Both the position numbers and the translations under genes were made by a program. Positions 19,326-28,154 of a DNA stretch of 64,000 bases are shown here, piece by piece. Each line of letters begins with the position of its first letter. The stretch's first letter is position 1. The notes under the pieces are model-generated. The model searched no databases, had not been told where the DNA came from, and saw only the letters and a list, made by a program, of their open reading frames with translations. Source of the stretch: Opitutales bacterium (GTDB lineage Bacteria; Verrucomicrobiota; Verrucomicrobiia; Opitutales; JBHJGM01); NCBI GenBank assembly GCA_050331595.1, contig JBHJGQ010000013.1, positions 69,911 to 133,910 of the forward strand, given 5' to 3'.

Positions 19326-20339
19326 TCAGCTGGGCTTGACGACGTTGGCGCAGTCTTCCCCTTTGGCGACGGCGCTGATGTTGTCCACCGTGGTTTCGGC
19401 GATGTTCTCCAGCGCATTCGAAGTAAAGAACGCCTGGTGCCCAGTAATCAGCACGTTCGGAAACGTCGTCAGGCGCATGATCACATCGTCCTGGATGATG
19501 TGCGCCGAATGGTCCTCAAAGAACAGCCCGGATTCCTCCTCATAGACATCCAAGCCGAGGTGCCCCAGCTTGCCAGAAAGGAGCGCCTCCAGAGCCGCCT
19601 CGGTGTCCACCAGCGCACCCCGTGATGTGTTGATTAGCGTCACACCGTCCTTCATCTGCGCGAGCGCTTCTGTGTCAACCAGATGCCGCGTGTCTTCGGT
19701 CAACGGGCAGTGCAGGCTCAGGATGTCGCACTGCTGGAAAAGCTCGGATAACTCCGCGTAGCGCACGCCATCCTTTTCCAGATCGGCGTTGGGGTAGGGG
19801 TCGTAAGCCAGCACCGGACAGCCAAAGCCCCGTAACATGATGCGTGCGAAAATCGCTCCGATTTGCCCCGTGCCGACTACGCCGACGGTCAGGCCATGCA
19901 GGTCGAAGCCCAGCAGTCCTTCCAGCGCAAAGTTGCCTTCCCGTACGCGGTTGTAGGCGCGGTGTGTTTTGCGCGAAAGCGTCAGCAGCAGCGCCACAAC
20001 ATGTTCGGCGACCGCGTGCGGTGAATACGCGGGTACACGCACCACGGTCAGACCCAGTTCCTGCGCGGCCTGCAGATCGACGTTGTTGAACCCCGCGCAG
20101 CGCAGCGCAATCAGTCGCGTTTTGCCAGAGGCCAAAACCTCCAGCACCGGCCGCGACAACTCATCGTTCACGAACGCGCAGATGCCCTCGTAGTCCTTCG
20201 CTCCGGGCGCAGTCGAGGCATCCAGCGGGGGCTTGTAGAACGTCAGCTCGTGGCCGGCGTCCGCGCGGGTGTTGGCCTCGCTGAGGAAACGCTCATCGTA
20301 AGGCTTGCTGGAGTAAACGGCGACCTGCATGGCGCGCAC
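19326..20339 (-). CDS. ldhA: D-lactate dehydrogenase (fermentative, 2-hydroxyacid dehydrogenase family)
   Basis: Close motif-by-motif match to E. coli LdhA as I recall it (MQVAVYSSKPYDERFL, FVNDELSRPVLEVL, IALRCAGFNNVDLQAAQELGLTVVRVPAYSPHAVAEH). Confidence 0.92.
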   Translation of the reverse strand: MRAMQVAVYSSKPYDERFLSEANTRADAGHELTFYKPPLDASTAPGAKDYEGICAFVNDELSRPVLEVLASGKTRLIALRCAGFNNVDLQAAQELGLTVVRVPAYSPHAVAEHVVALLLTLSRKTHRAYNRVREGNFALEGLLGFDLHGLTVGVVGTGQIGAIFARIMLRGFGCPVLAYDPYPNADLEKDGVRYAELSELFQQCDILSLHCPLTEDTRHLVDTEALAQMKDGVTLINTSRGALVDTEAALEALLSGKLGHLGLDVYEEESGLFFEDHSAHIIQDDVIMRLTTFPNVLITGHQAFFTSNALENIAETTVDNISAVAKGEDCANVVKPS

Positions 20340-20372
20340 GTTTCCACAGCGGCCGAGGCAAGGCGAGTTTTC

Positions 20373-20903
20373 TCAGCGACTGGCGACCTTCTTCGGGGTC
20401 GAGGCGTTGCGTGTCCGCTCAAAACGTTTGTGCAATCGCAGCACATTGCGCCCGTCCTGGCGTACATAGTGCAACTCGTCGAGCATGCGCCGCATCAGAA
20501 AAACGCCCATGCCCGCGTCGTTCGCGGACTCGTCTGCATCCGAGTCTTGAACCGCCCGCATCGAGTGGCCCACCGACGCTTCGCGCAGCGGGTCGAAAGC
20601 CTTGCCCGAATCCGTCAACGTGGCCGTCACCCCGTTCGCGTCGATTTCCAACTCCAGCTCGATCGTCTGGCTTTCGCCCGGCGCGTAGCCGTGCGCAATC
20701 ACATTGCTTAGGGCTTCGTCCAGGCAGAGTTGAAGCGCTGAATGCACCTTTGCCCCAAGGCCCTTGCGCGACGCAAAATCAGCCAGGTCGGATTCAAGAC
20801 GGTCGAGCGAGCCAGGCTTGTTGGGGTAGGAGAGGTGCACTGCAGAGGAGTCGAAACAAGCTTCAAGACCCTTGCAAGAAACCCGATTCGCCCATGAACG
20901 CAA
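20373..20903 (-). CDS. RsbW/SpoIIAB-like anti-sigma regulatory factor (HATPase_c_2 Ser/Thr kinase)
   Basis: LCLDEALSNVIAHGY...TLTDSGKAFDP...GMGVFLMRRMLDELHY. The true start may lie downstream of the first Met. Confidence 0.7.
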   Translation of the reverse strand: MRSWANRVSCKGLEACFDSSAVHLSYPNKPGSLDRLESDLADFASRKGLGAKVHSALQLCLDEALSNVIAHGYAPGESQTIELELEIDANGVTATLTDSGKAFDPLREASVGHSMRAVQDSDADESANDAGMGVFLMRRMLDELHYVRQDGRNVLRLHKRFERTRNASTPKKVASR

Positions 20904-20927
20904 GTACAGGCGCGCATTGCCGGGAGG

Positions 20928-22670
20928 CTACCCCTTCACAGCTTCGGGCAGATTCGCGTGAAAATCGGCGCCGTTGCCGGAGGCGGCGATGTAGCCTTGC
21001 CGGATGACAAAGTCGCCGAAGCGCTCGCCGGACTGCCGCGATTTGGCGTAGTCCTCGAGAATCGGCTGCAACAGGGGCACGATGTCTTCCTGCTTCACCG
21101 ACTGGCGGTAGAGCTTGTTGAGGCGGTTGCCCGCAAAGCCCGCGCCCAAGTACACGTTGTACTTGCCCGGTGCCTTGCCCACGAAACCGATCTCGCCCAG
21201 ATACGGGCGGGCGCAGCCGTTCGGGCAGCCGGTCATGCGAATGTTAATCTCCTCCTCGCGCAGTCCGCAGGACTCCACTACGGTGTCCAGCGCGTCGACC
21301 AGGCGAGGCAGGTAGCGCTCGGACTCGGCCAGGGACAGTCCGCAGGTGGGCAGCGCCACGCAGGCCATTGAGCGCCCGCGCAGCCCGGTCGGGTTCTGCA
21401 ACGCGGCAATGCCGTAATCCTCGAGCAATTGTTCGATTTGCGGACGGTTGGCCGGATCGATGTTACCGATGATCAAATTCTGGTTCGGGGTCAGTCGAAA
21501 GTCCCCGTCGTGGATTTCGGCAATGGCGCGCAGACCGCTTTTGACCCGGTGCTTGCCGTCGTCGCGCACGCGCCCGTTTTCAATGAAGAGGGTGAGGCTC
21601 TGGCGCCCGTTGGTCTGGTCGGCCCAGCCGTAAAGGTCGCCGTTGCTTTCGAAATGATAGGGCCGAGCCGTTTCCAGTTTGAAGTCCAGGTGCGTCTCAA
21701 CCAGTTCGCGAAAGCGCTCCAGCCCGAGGTCTTCCACGGTGTACTTCAGGCGCGCGTGCTTGCGGTCGGTTCGGTCGCCGAAATCGCGCTGCACCTTAAC
21801 AACGGCTTCGGACACCGCCACCGCCTGCTCTGGCGTGCAGAAACCCAACACGTCGGCCAGGCGCGGGTAGGTTTCGGTTTTTCCGTGGGACATGCCCATG
21901 CCGCCACCGACGGTCACGTTGTAACCCACAACCTGCCCGTCCTCCACGATGCTCATAAAGCCCAGGCAGTGCGCAAAGATATCTACGTCGTTGCTCGGAG
22001 GCACGGCCACCACGGTCTTGAATTTGCGGGGCAGGTACGTCTTTCCGTAAATGGGCTCTTCCTCCTCGGCCCCGCCGGAGACCTTCTCGCCGTCCAGCCA
22101 GATTTCGTGGTACGCCCGTGTGGCCGGGGTCAGGTGCGCCGAAATCGCCTTGGCCAGCTCATAGGCCTGGGCGTGCGCATCGCTGGTGTACGGATTGGGA
22201 TTGCACATCACGTTGCGGTTCACGTCGCCGCAGGCCGCGATGGTGTCGAGGCACGCCCGGTCGATGTCCTGAATGGCCGGCTTCAATTCGCCCTTGAGCA
22301 CGCCGTGAATCTGGAAAGCCTGCCGCGTGGTCAACTTCAAGGTACCGTTGGCCCGCGCATCGGCGATGGCGTCCATTTTCAGCCACTGCTCGGAGCTGCA
22401 AATGCCGCCGGGCACGCGCACGCGCACCATGAAAATGAAGGCCTTTTCGAGCTTCTGCTTACGGCGCTCGCTGCGCAGGTCGCGGTCGTCCTGCTGGTAA
22501 ATGCCGTGGAACTTCGTCAGCTGCGTGTCGTCGTCGCTGATGGCGCCTGTGGTCGTGTCCGCCAGCCCTTCCAGTATGGTGCCGCGCAAAAAATTGCTGG
22601 TCTCTTTCAGGCCTTCGTTCTTGGAGAGCTTGGGGGCTTGGGTCGCTGTCTCTGTGGTGGGTTTGATCAT
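20928..22670 (-). CDS. cysI: assimilatory sulfite reductase hemoprotein (CysI/Sir family)
   Basis: 580 aa. SNFLRGTILEGL...FHGIYQQDDRDLRSERRKQKLE and the C-terminal Cys cluster (CVALPTCGLSLAESERY, TGCPNGC). Confidence 0.93.
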   Translation of the reverse strand: MIKPTTETATQAPKLSKNEGLKETSNFLRGTILEGLADTTTGAISDDDTQLTKFHGIYQQDDRDLRSERRKQKLEKAFIFMVRVRVPGGICSSEQWLKMDAIADARANGTLKLTTRQAFQIHGVLKGELKPAIQDIDRACLDTIAACGDVNRNVMCNPNPYTSDAHAQAYELAKAISAHLTPATRAYHEIWLDGEKVSGGAEEEEPIYGKTYLPRKFKTVVAVPPSNDVDIFAHCLGFMSIVEDGQVVGYNVTVGGGMGMSHGKTETYPRLADVLGFCTPEQAVAVSEAVVKVQRDFGDRTDRKHARLKYTVEDLGLERFRELVETHLDFKLETARPYHFESNGDLYGWADQTNGRQSLTLFIENGRVRDDGKHRVKSGLRAIAEIHDGDFRLTPNQNLIIGNIDPANRPQIEQLLEDYGIAALQNPTGLRGRSMACVALPTCGLSLAESERYLPRLVDALDTVVESCGLREEEINIRMTGCPNGCARPYLGEIGFVGKAPGKYNVYLGAGFAGNRLNKLYRQSVKQEDIVPLLQPILEDYAKSRQSGERFGDFVIRQGYIAASGNGADFHANLPEAVKG

Positions 22671-22740
22671 CTTGCCTCAATCGAATCTTGGCTTCCTCAG
22701 TCAGGATAACCTGTTTTGCAATCTCCCACCATCCTCAACT

Positions 22741-22797
22741 CTCCGCCCCAAGTCAAATCTCGCCTTGCCCCCTAGCGCGCCCTGCTACTCCGCCCCA
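22741..22797. repeat. exact 10-nt direct repeat CTCCGCCCCA (22741-22750 and 22788-22797) in the cysI leader
   Basis: Read directly from the sequence. On the cysI-coding strand it is TGGGGCGGAG, 71 and 118 nt upstream of the start. Confidence 0.5.
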
Positions 22798-22878
22798 CCA
22801 ACAAGCGCGTTTGTGCAGCGCTCCCTTCACAGGAAAAACGCCGAGCTTCCGGGCCTTGGCCCAAGCGGTGCGAAATGC

Positions 22879-23751
22879 CTAGTGCCCCGCCTTGCCGCGT
22901 TGCAGGCGGGTTTCGCGCAGGGCGTCGTAGGCCTGGGTGGGGTCGCCGTAGCAGGTTTGCCCGGAGAGATTCTTGCCGCGCGCCAGGTACAGCTGGTGAT
23001 AAGCCTGATTTTTTTCGGACAGCTTCACCGATGACGGCATGAACCGCATGGTGTAGCCGCACCGGCGCAGGTCGCTGGTGTTGGCCTCGGAGCCGTGCAT
23101 CAGCTTGGCGTCGTGCAGCGAGGCTTCGTTGGCCTGCAACTCGATGTCGACCGCCAGCGCGTCATTGCGCTGCTTGGGCGTGATCTCGGTTGGAAAAACG
23201 TTCTGATTCGGGTCGACGTCGTCGTAGTCCGAAAAGCCGGCTTGCGCGGTGCCTTCGTGAGTGCGCGGGATGACGCGCATGCAGCCGTTGGCCTTGGTCG
23301 AGGGGTCGATCGCCAGCCACACCGTGACGACCTCCATCGGCTCGAGCGCAGTTTTCCAATAGGCCGAATCCTCGTGCCAGGGCACGCGGCGCCCGTCGCC
23401 CTTGGGCTTGCAAATGAAGTGCGTGGAGAACAGCGCGATGTCCGGTCCGATCAGCGGCTCCACCAGGTCGAGGATCGCATCGTCAAAAATCCATTCGAAG
23501 AGCGCCGGGTCAGTGAAGTGGGGCACGTCCATGCCCTCGGGGCGCTGGTCGGCGGGCCACTGCGCCAGCTTCTGGTCAAAGTGCGCCTTGAGCGCCTCGA
23601 ACTTCGCCGGAGCCAGAATCGGCTCATTGAGAATGGTGAACCCTTCGCGGCGGTAGTCGGCCACATGGCGGTCATTCAAGCGGGAGCGGGTAGCGCCAGG
23701 GTGGCGCCCAGAGGTTGTGGATGTGGTCGTCATGGATGCTTGTGCCGTCAA
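22879..23751 (-). CDS. phytanoyl-CoA dioxygenase (PhyH) family Fe(II)/2-oxoglutarate oxygenase
   Basis: 290 aa. YRREGFTILNEPIL, VPWHEDSAYW, and the C-terminal HDAKLMHGSEAN pattern. Confidence 0.85.
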   Translation of the reverse strand: MTAQASMTTTSTTSGRHPGATRSRLNDRHVADYRREGFTILNEPILAPAKFEALKAHFDQKLAQWPADQRPEGMDVPHFTDPALFEWIFDDAILDLVEPLIGPDIALFSTHFICKPKGDGRRVPWHEDSAYWKTALEPMEVVTVWLAIDPSTKANGCMRVIPRTHEGTAQAGFSDYDDVDPNQNVFPTEITPKQRNDALAVDIELQANEASLHDAKLMHGSEANTSDLRRCGYTMRFMPSSVKLSEKNQAYHQLYLARGKNLSGQTCYGDPTQAYDALRETRLQRGKAGH

Positions 23752-23847
23752 AAGTGGAATTGTATCTCGCGTATTCGTTTTCTTTATACCTTATCTAAAT
23801 TGATTTCGCTTGCAGCTGAGCGCCTTTTTCTTTTGTTTTTTTGATAC

Positions 23848-24687
23848 GTGAAGGTTCTGTACTGGCGCGATGTCGCAACCACCGGTGCGGCCTTCCACCT
23901 TGTGGAAGGCGAGTTGCCCCGCCGCGCGACCGACCGCGGCTATCATGGCCACGACTTCAGCGAGTTGTTCGTAGTGCACCAGGGCCGGTGCCGTCACACC
24001 ATCAATGGCCAGACCGAATACCTGCAGCCGGGCACGCTGGCTTTCATTCGGGAGTCGGATTTCCACACGCTCGAGCCTAACGGGCCGGAACCCCTGCGGA
24101 TCACTAACCTTGCCTTTCCCACTGGTACCGCTGACTTCGTGCAGGCGCGTTACCTGGCGGAGAAATCCCGCTTCTATGCCGCCGCCGGCAATCAGCCCGA
24201 ACTCGTCGAACTGAGCCCCAGCGTACTCGGTCGTCTTGAAAGTGCCCTGCGCGAACTGGCGGCGGCTCCGCGCGAACGCTTTTTTCTCGAGCGATTTCTG
24301 CTGAACCTGCTCTACGAATTGCGCGATCCTGTGGCCAACGCGCTGCCGGCCGGGACGCCCGACTGGCTTGTCGATGCGCTGAAAAAAGTCGAGCAGCGCG
24401 CCCTCTTTGCCGAAGGGGTGCCGGCGTTTGTGCGCCTGTGCGGTCGCAGCCACGAGCACGTCACCCGGGTCACGCGGCAGTTTGTGGGCCGCACGCCCTC
24501 ACAACTCATTCGTGACCTGCGCCTGGACCACGCTGCGCGGCAGCTGGAAAGCAGCGACGAGCCGATTATGGAAGTCGCCGCCAACGTTGGTCTGCCCAAC
24601 CTCAGCCACTTTTACACGCTCTTCCAAAAGCGTTTCGGGGTCGCCCCCCGCCAGTACCGCCGTCAGCACCGCCAGGTGGTGTGTTGA
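23848..24687 (+). CDS. AraC family transcriptional regulator (cupin sensor plus HTH)
   Basis: GTG start. N-terminal cupin (GYHGHDFSELFVVHQG), C-terminal AraC HTH (NVGLPNLSHFYTLFQKRFGVAPRQYRR). Divergent from the PhyH gene across an AT-rich 96-bp spacer. Confidence 0.85.
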   Translation: MKVLYWRDVATTGAAFHLVEGELPRRATDRGYHGHDFSELFVVHQGRCRHTINGQTEYLQPGTLAFIRESDFHTLEPNGPEPLRITNLAFPTGTADFVQARYLAEKSRFYAAAGNQPELVELSPSVLGRLESALRELAAAPRERFFLERFLLNLLYELRDPVANALPAGTPDWLVDALKKVEQRALFAEGVPAFVRLCGRSHEHVTRVTRQFVGRTPSQLIRDLRLDHAARQLESSDEPIMEVAANVGLPNLSHFYTLFQKRFGVAPRQYRRQHRQVVC

Positions 24688-24695
24688 GGGCCGCC

Positions 24696-26237
24696 CTAGA
24701 ACTTCTTCACGTAGCCCATGCCCTCGGAGTCCTGGAAGATGAGCCGGCCATCTTCCTTGCGGTAGTCCACCCAGCGCAGTTCCAAGTCAGGGTTGATCGT
24801 CTGACCCAGCAGAAACACCTGACCGTCGACCATCATTTTCGCACTGCCGGAGCCGGTCATGAACACACCGGTGATGTGCAGCGAGCGCAGGTAGTGGACC
24901 ACTTCGGGCTGCGGCTTGAGCTTTTTGATCGGCGCGGGAGGCGGGGCCGGCGTCGTGGGCTCGGCGGCAGCCACGGACGGGCTTTTGTTGCCGTTGGACG
25001 GTGTTAACGGGCGCGGCTGAGCGGGCGTGGAGCCCGAGCGCAGGATGCGGTTAACCTCGATGGTGCGTTCGGTCGCGGCTGCGTTGTTACGCACCTGCTG
25101 TTGCGCGGCCAGCACCGGATTACTGACGGCGGCAAAGGGGTCTTCGGCTTCGGTGCCGTCAATGTCGCGGGTTTCAGGGCCGCGGTCGCCGGGGTCACTG
25201 TCCCCGGCCACATCCTTCAGAAAATCGCCTTCCATCACCGCATCGACGCCGTAAAAGAACATCGCTCCAGCACCTGCCAACAGTAACAACAGGATGAGCA
25301 GCAGGATCAGGCTGGCCTTGGTGCCCGAGCGCTCGGCTGCGGCACCCGCCGGCGCGGCGTCTTCTGACACGAACGGTGGCGGAGCGGTCGCTCCCTTGCG
25401 TACACGCAAACCCGCACGCGGCCCGGGCGGCGGAGCGGTAGCGGCCGCTTCCGGATTGAGCGTCTGGTCCAGCGCCTGAGCGGCCGGATCGGTCGAAACA
25501 TCCGGATTGAAACCTGCCCGAGACGGACTTCCTCCAAAGGGCTGCGCGGGCTTGTCCGGCAAGCCACTGAAAGCTGGCGGATGCGGCGGAGCGCTCGAGG
25601 TTGGGTTGCCTGGAACTTGGGGCCGCGACTGGCTCATAGGCGGCAACGTCACCCCCTTGGCCACGCTTTCACGCGGCGGGCCCTTGCGGATTTCAAAACG
25701 GGGCGCGGTGCCGGCTGTCTGCGCTTGCGGCGAAGACGTCTCCACTGGGCTCGGCTGTTGCGCCGAGGCGGGCGCCGCGGGCGTTTCCGCCACTGGCGAA
25801 AGAGGCGTGGCCGCTGGGGCAGACGATGCCGTGGGCAGTTCAGGCAACGGCGGCGTAGTCTGCAGGGCTTGAGGCGTTTGAAGGCCCGGATTCGTGGTTG
25901 AAAGCGGTTCGAGCGGCGGCAGACCTGGAGGTAATTCCGGCTTCTGGGCTGGTTCAGGCGTGGCTGGCGGAATCGACTCGGCGGCGGCAGCTGGCTCGGG
26001 CGTGGACAGCGGTGCGGGCGCGGGAGCTTCAGGCGTGTCGGGGGCCTGCGGGCGCAGTTTCAACGAAGGTTTGGGCTGCGGCTGCTGCGGTGTCGCGGGC
26101 TGCAGCGCACGCGCCGTCGAGGCTTCCGGCACCATCTCACCGCTGCTGGGCGGGGTCGGGGCCGGGCTGAGATTTTCGGGCGTCGCAGAGGAATCAGCGT
26201 CCGAGGATTGGCTTCCTGAACTCACGTCCTGTTTCAT
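24696..26237 (-). CDS. proline-rich bitopic membrane protein with GspB-like C-terminal domain
   Basis: 513 aa. About 330 aa of P/A/T/S/Q low complexity, one TM (LILLLILLLLLAGAGAMFFYGV), then a C-terminus resembling the C-terminus of the upstream GspB-like protein. The start may be the Met at 26135 instead of 26237. Confidence 0.5.
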   Translation of the reverse strand: MKQDVSSGSQSSDADSSATPENLSPAPTPPSSGEMVPEASTARALQPATPQQPQPKPSLKLRPQAPDTPEAPAPAPLSTPEPAAAAESIPPATPEPAQKPELPPGLPPLEPLSTTNPGLQTPQALQTTPPLPELPTASSAPAATPLSPVAETPAAPASAQQPSPVETSSPQAQTAGTAPRFEIRKGPPRESVAKGVTLPPMSQSRPQVPGNPTSSAPPHPPAFSGLPDKPAQPFGGSPSRAGFNPDVSTDPAAQALDQTLNPEAAATAPPPGPRAGLRVRKGATAPPPFVSEDAAPAGAAAERSGTKASLILLLILLLLLAGAGAMFFYGVDAVMEGDFLKDVAGDSDPGDRGPETRDIDGTEAEDPFAAVSNPVLAAQQQVRNNAAATERTIEVNRILRSGSTPAQPRPLTPSNGNKSPSVAAAEPTTPAPPPAPIKKLKPQPEVVHYLRSLHITGVFMTGSGSAKMMVDGQVFLLGQTINPDLELRWVDYRKEDGRLIFQDSEGMGYVKKF

Positions 26238-26964
26238 CGACCAAAATGACGGCGGATTGAAGGATACGGGCGATTTTCAGTTCCGGATTTTCCAGGAACA
26301 GGTCCCCTTGGCGCAGCAGCCGGTTGGCCGCGAAAACTTTGTTGCGCGGATCGTCAGGCCCGTAAAAGCGCAAGGCCTGCACCGGCGTGCGTCGCACCAG
26401 GTGCAGCGTCTCGTCGGCGCGGGCGGCCACGGCGGCGGGCTTTTCAAAGCTGGCCAGCGCGTCGACGTCCATGACGACCTCAGGCGATTGCGGTGGGCTC
26501 TCGGGTGTTTCGGCTTGGGCAGCGGGCACCCCGGCCGGCTCTGGCGCGGGCAGGCTAAAGGTTTGCGGTGCCGACGCGGATGCCGGGGCCGCAACCGGAG
26601 CGTTGTCCGCGGGCGCTGTTTCGGCGAAAAGCGCCTCAGTGTCCGTCCCGTGAAACGTGTTGTTCAAGTACAGCGTCGTTTGTGTCGGTGACGGCGTCGG
26701 GGAACTGCCGGGGCTTCCCGTCAAAAAGTAACCCGCGACCGTGAACAGCGCCGCCAGCGTCAGTAGCCCCGAGATGATCGCCAGCGTCATCAAACGCGCG
26801 TTCACCCCGCCTTCCTTCTTCGGGGTGAGTTCGATGGTCTCCACCGGGATCAGCTGCGAGGCGCCGCGTACGGGCGAGCGCGACGCGCCGCGGCTCCCCG
26901 GGCTTCGAGGAACCGCCGAGGGCGTTTTGGAGTGCTTGCGCAGGGCCTGTTGAATGAGTGACAC
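26194..26964 (-). CDS. GspB/ExeB-like general secretion pathway protein B
   Basis: GTG start at 26964. N-terminus SLIQQALRK resembles the MSYILDALRK start of GspB/ExeB. One TM, a Pro-rich linker and a compact C-terminal domain. Sits downstream of the ExeA-like ATPase. Confidence 0.55.
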   Translation of the reverse strand: MSLIQQALRKHSKTPSAVPRSPGSRGASRSPVRGASQLIPVETIELTPKKEGGVNARLMTLAIISGLLTLAALFTVAGYFLTGSPGSSPTPSPTQTTLYLNNTFHGTDTEALFAETAPADNAPVAAPASASAPQTFSLPAPEPAGVPAAQAETPESPPQSPEVVMDVDALASFEKPAAVAARADETLHLVRRTPVQALRFYGPDDPRNKVFAANRLLRQGDLFLENPELKIARILQSAVILVDETGREFRKPILGR

Positions 26965-27172
26965 GGGCTATATGAGGAGAAAGACGGACAAAGAAATGAA
27001 GAAGTCAGGTACTCGCATGTAGAAGAGAGAAGCGCCTTTCGAGTGCGGTCAGCGAATGGCCCCTGGCTTGTTGCATACAGATGAGATCAGGCGCGTAATT
27101 AGGAAACACTGTTTCACGCAAACACTCCAAATGTGGAACCAAATAACCCGAAAGGAAGCACCGAAACCCTCG

Positions 27173-27985
27173 CTAAAACTTGCTCATCTCCTTGAGGCCA
27201 CGGCGCACGTCCGAGGAGCGCACCACGTCGGCGCTGCGCACGAAAGCCGACAGCAGCGACTTGTCGCACAAGGTGTTGATCAGGCGAGGGGTGCCCTGCG
27301 TGCGTTTGCTGATGGTGTTTAAGGCACGGGGCGTAAATTGCGGGCGGCCTATTCCGCCGGCCAGGGTCAGCCGGTGCTGAATGTAGGCGTTCACCTGGCC
27401 GCGTCCCTTCAGCGGCTTCAGTTCGAAGTAAACCTGAATGCGTTGACGCAGCTGGCGCAGGCGTTTTTCGGCCAGCTTCTCCTTCAGCTCAGGTTGCCCG
27501 ATAAGTACGATCTGCAGGAGCTTGCGGTCGTCGGTTTCCAAATTGGAGAGCAGCCGTAACTGCTCCAGCACCTCAAAGGACAGGTTTTGAGCCTCGTCGA
27601 TGATCAGCACGATCTCCTTGCCTGCGGCGATGCGGCGCAGCAGTGCTTCATTGAGTTCGCCGGTCGGGTCGATGACGGAGGCGGGGTCCACGTCCTCGCC
27701 GATTTCGCGCAGAATCGTCAGCACCAGCTGCACCTCGTTGATGCGAGGATTCATCACCAGCGCGGTCTCGTAAACGGCGGGGTCCAGCTCGTTGAGCAGC
27801 GCGCGGCACAGGGTGGTTTTCCCGCAACCTACTTCGCCCACCAGCACGATGAAGCCTTTGCGGTCCTCGATGCCGTAACGCAGGTGCGCCAACGCCTCCT
27901 GGTGCCCAGGCGAGAGGAAGAGGAAGCGCGGGTCGGGCGTTCCGTTGAAGGGCATCTCGCTGAACCCGTAAAAGTCGGCGTACAT
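27173..27985 (-). CDS. ExeA/GspA/MshM-family AAA ATPase
   Basis: MYADFYGFSEMPFNGTPDPRFLFLSPGHQEAL...GEVGCGKTTLCRALL...IIDEAQNLS is the ExeA-family signature. At 270 aa it has no peptidoglycan-binding C-terminal domain. Confidence 0.85.
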   Translation of the reverse strand: MYADFYGFSEMPFNGTPDPRFLFLSPGHQEALAHLRYGIEDRKGFIVLVGEVGCGKTTLCRALLNELDPAVYETALVMNPRINEVQLVLTILREIGEDVDPASVIDPTGELNEALLRRIAAGKEIVLIIDEAQNLSFEVLEQLRLLSNLETDDRKLLQIVLIGQPELKEKLAEKRLRQLRQRIQVYFELKPLKGRGQVNAYIQHRLTLAGGIGRPQFTPRALNTISKRTQGTPRLINTLCDKSLLSAFVRSADVVRSSDVRRGLKEMSKF

Positions 27986-28154
27986 CGGTGAAAGCGCCCG
28001 GCTCGGGGAGGCGGCGGACCGGAGCGAACGGCCCGCGGCCGGTGGCCGGGACGAATAGAGCGTGCGTTGGCAAAGAGGCCGAGGCCTTGGGCACCTCCAC
28101 CATCACGCTATACAGTCGGTTGAAGATGGCTGGCGTTAAGGGTCAGGCCGCCAA

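Noticed and set aside
21429-22709. 426-aa plus-strand ORF opposite cysI
   Set aside because: It is antisense to a clear CysI-family gene and has no recognisable domains. This is typical GC-rich antisense openness.
22671-22878. SAM or other sulfur-metabolite riboswitch in the cysI leader
   Set aside because: I could not recognise any conserved riboswitch core (for example the SAM-I four-way-junction motifs). Only the decamer repeat and a terminator-like hairpin are evident.
25894-26691. 265-aa Gly/Ala/Ser-rich plus-strand ORF, plus several shorter ones, over the proline-rich gene
   Set aside because: It is the complementary-strand mirror of a Pro-rich (CCN) coding region, which gives a Gly-rich (GGN) ORF automatically. 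Only the minus-strand frames have a TM segment, a GspB-like N-terminus and a structured C-terminus in operon context with the ExeA-like gene.
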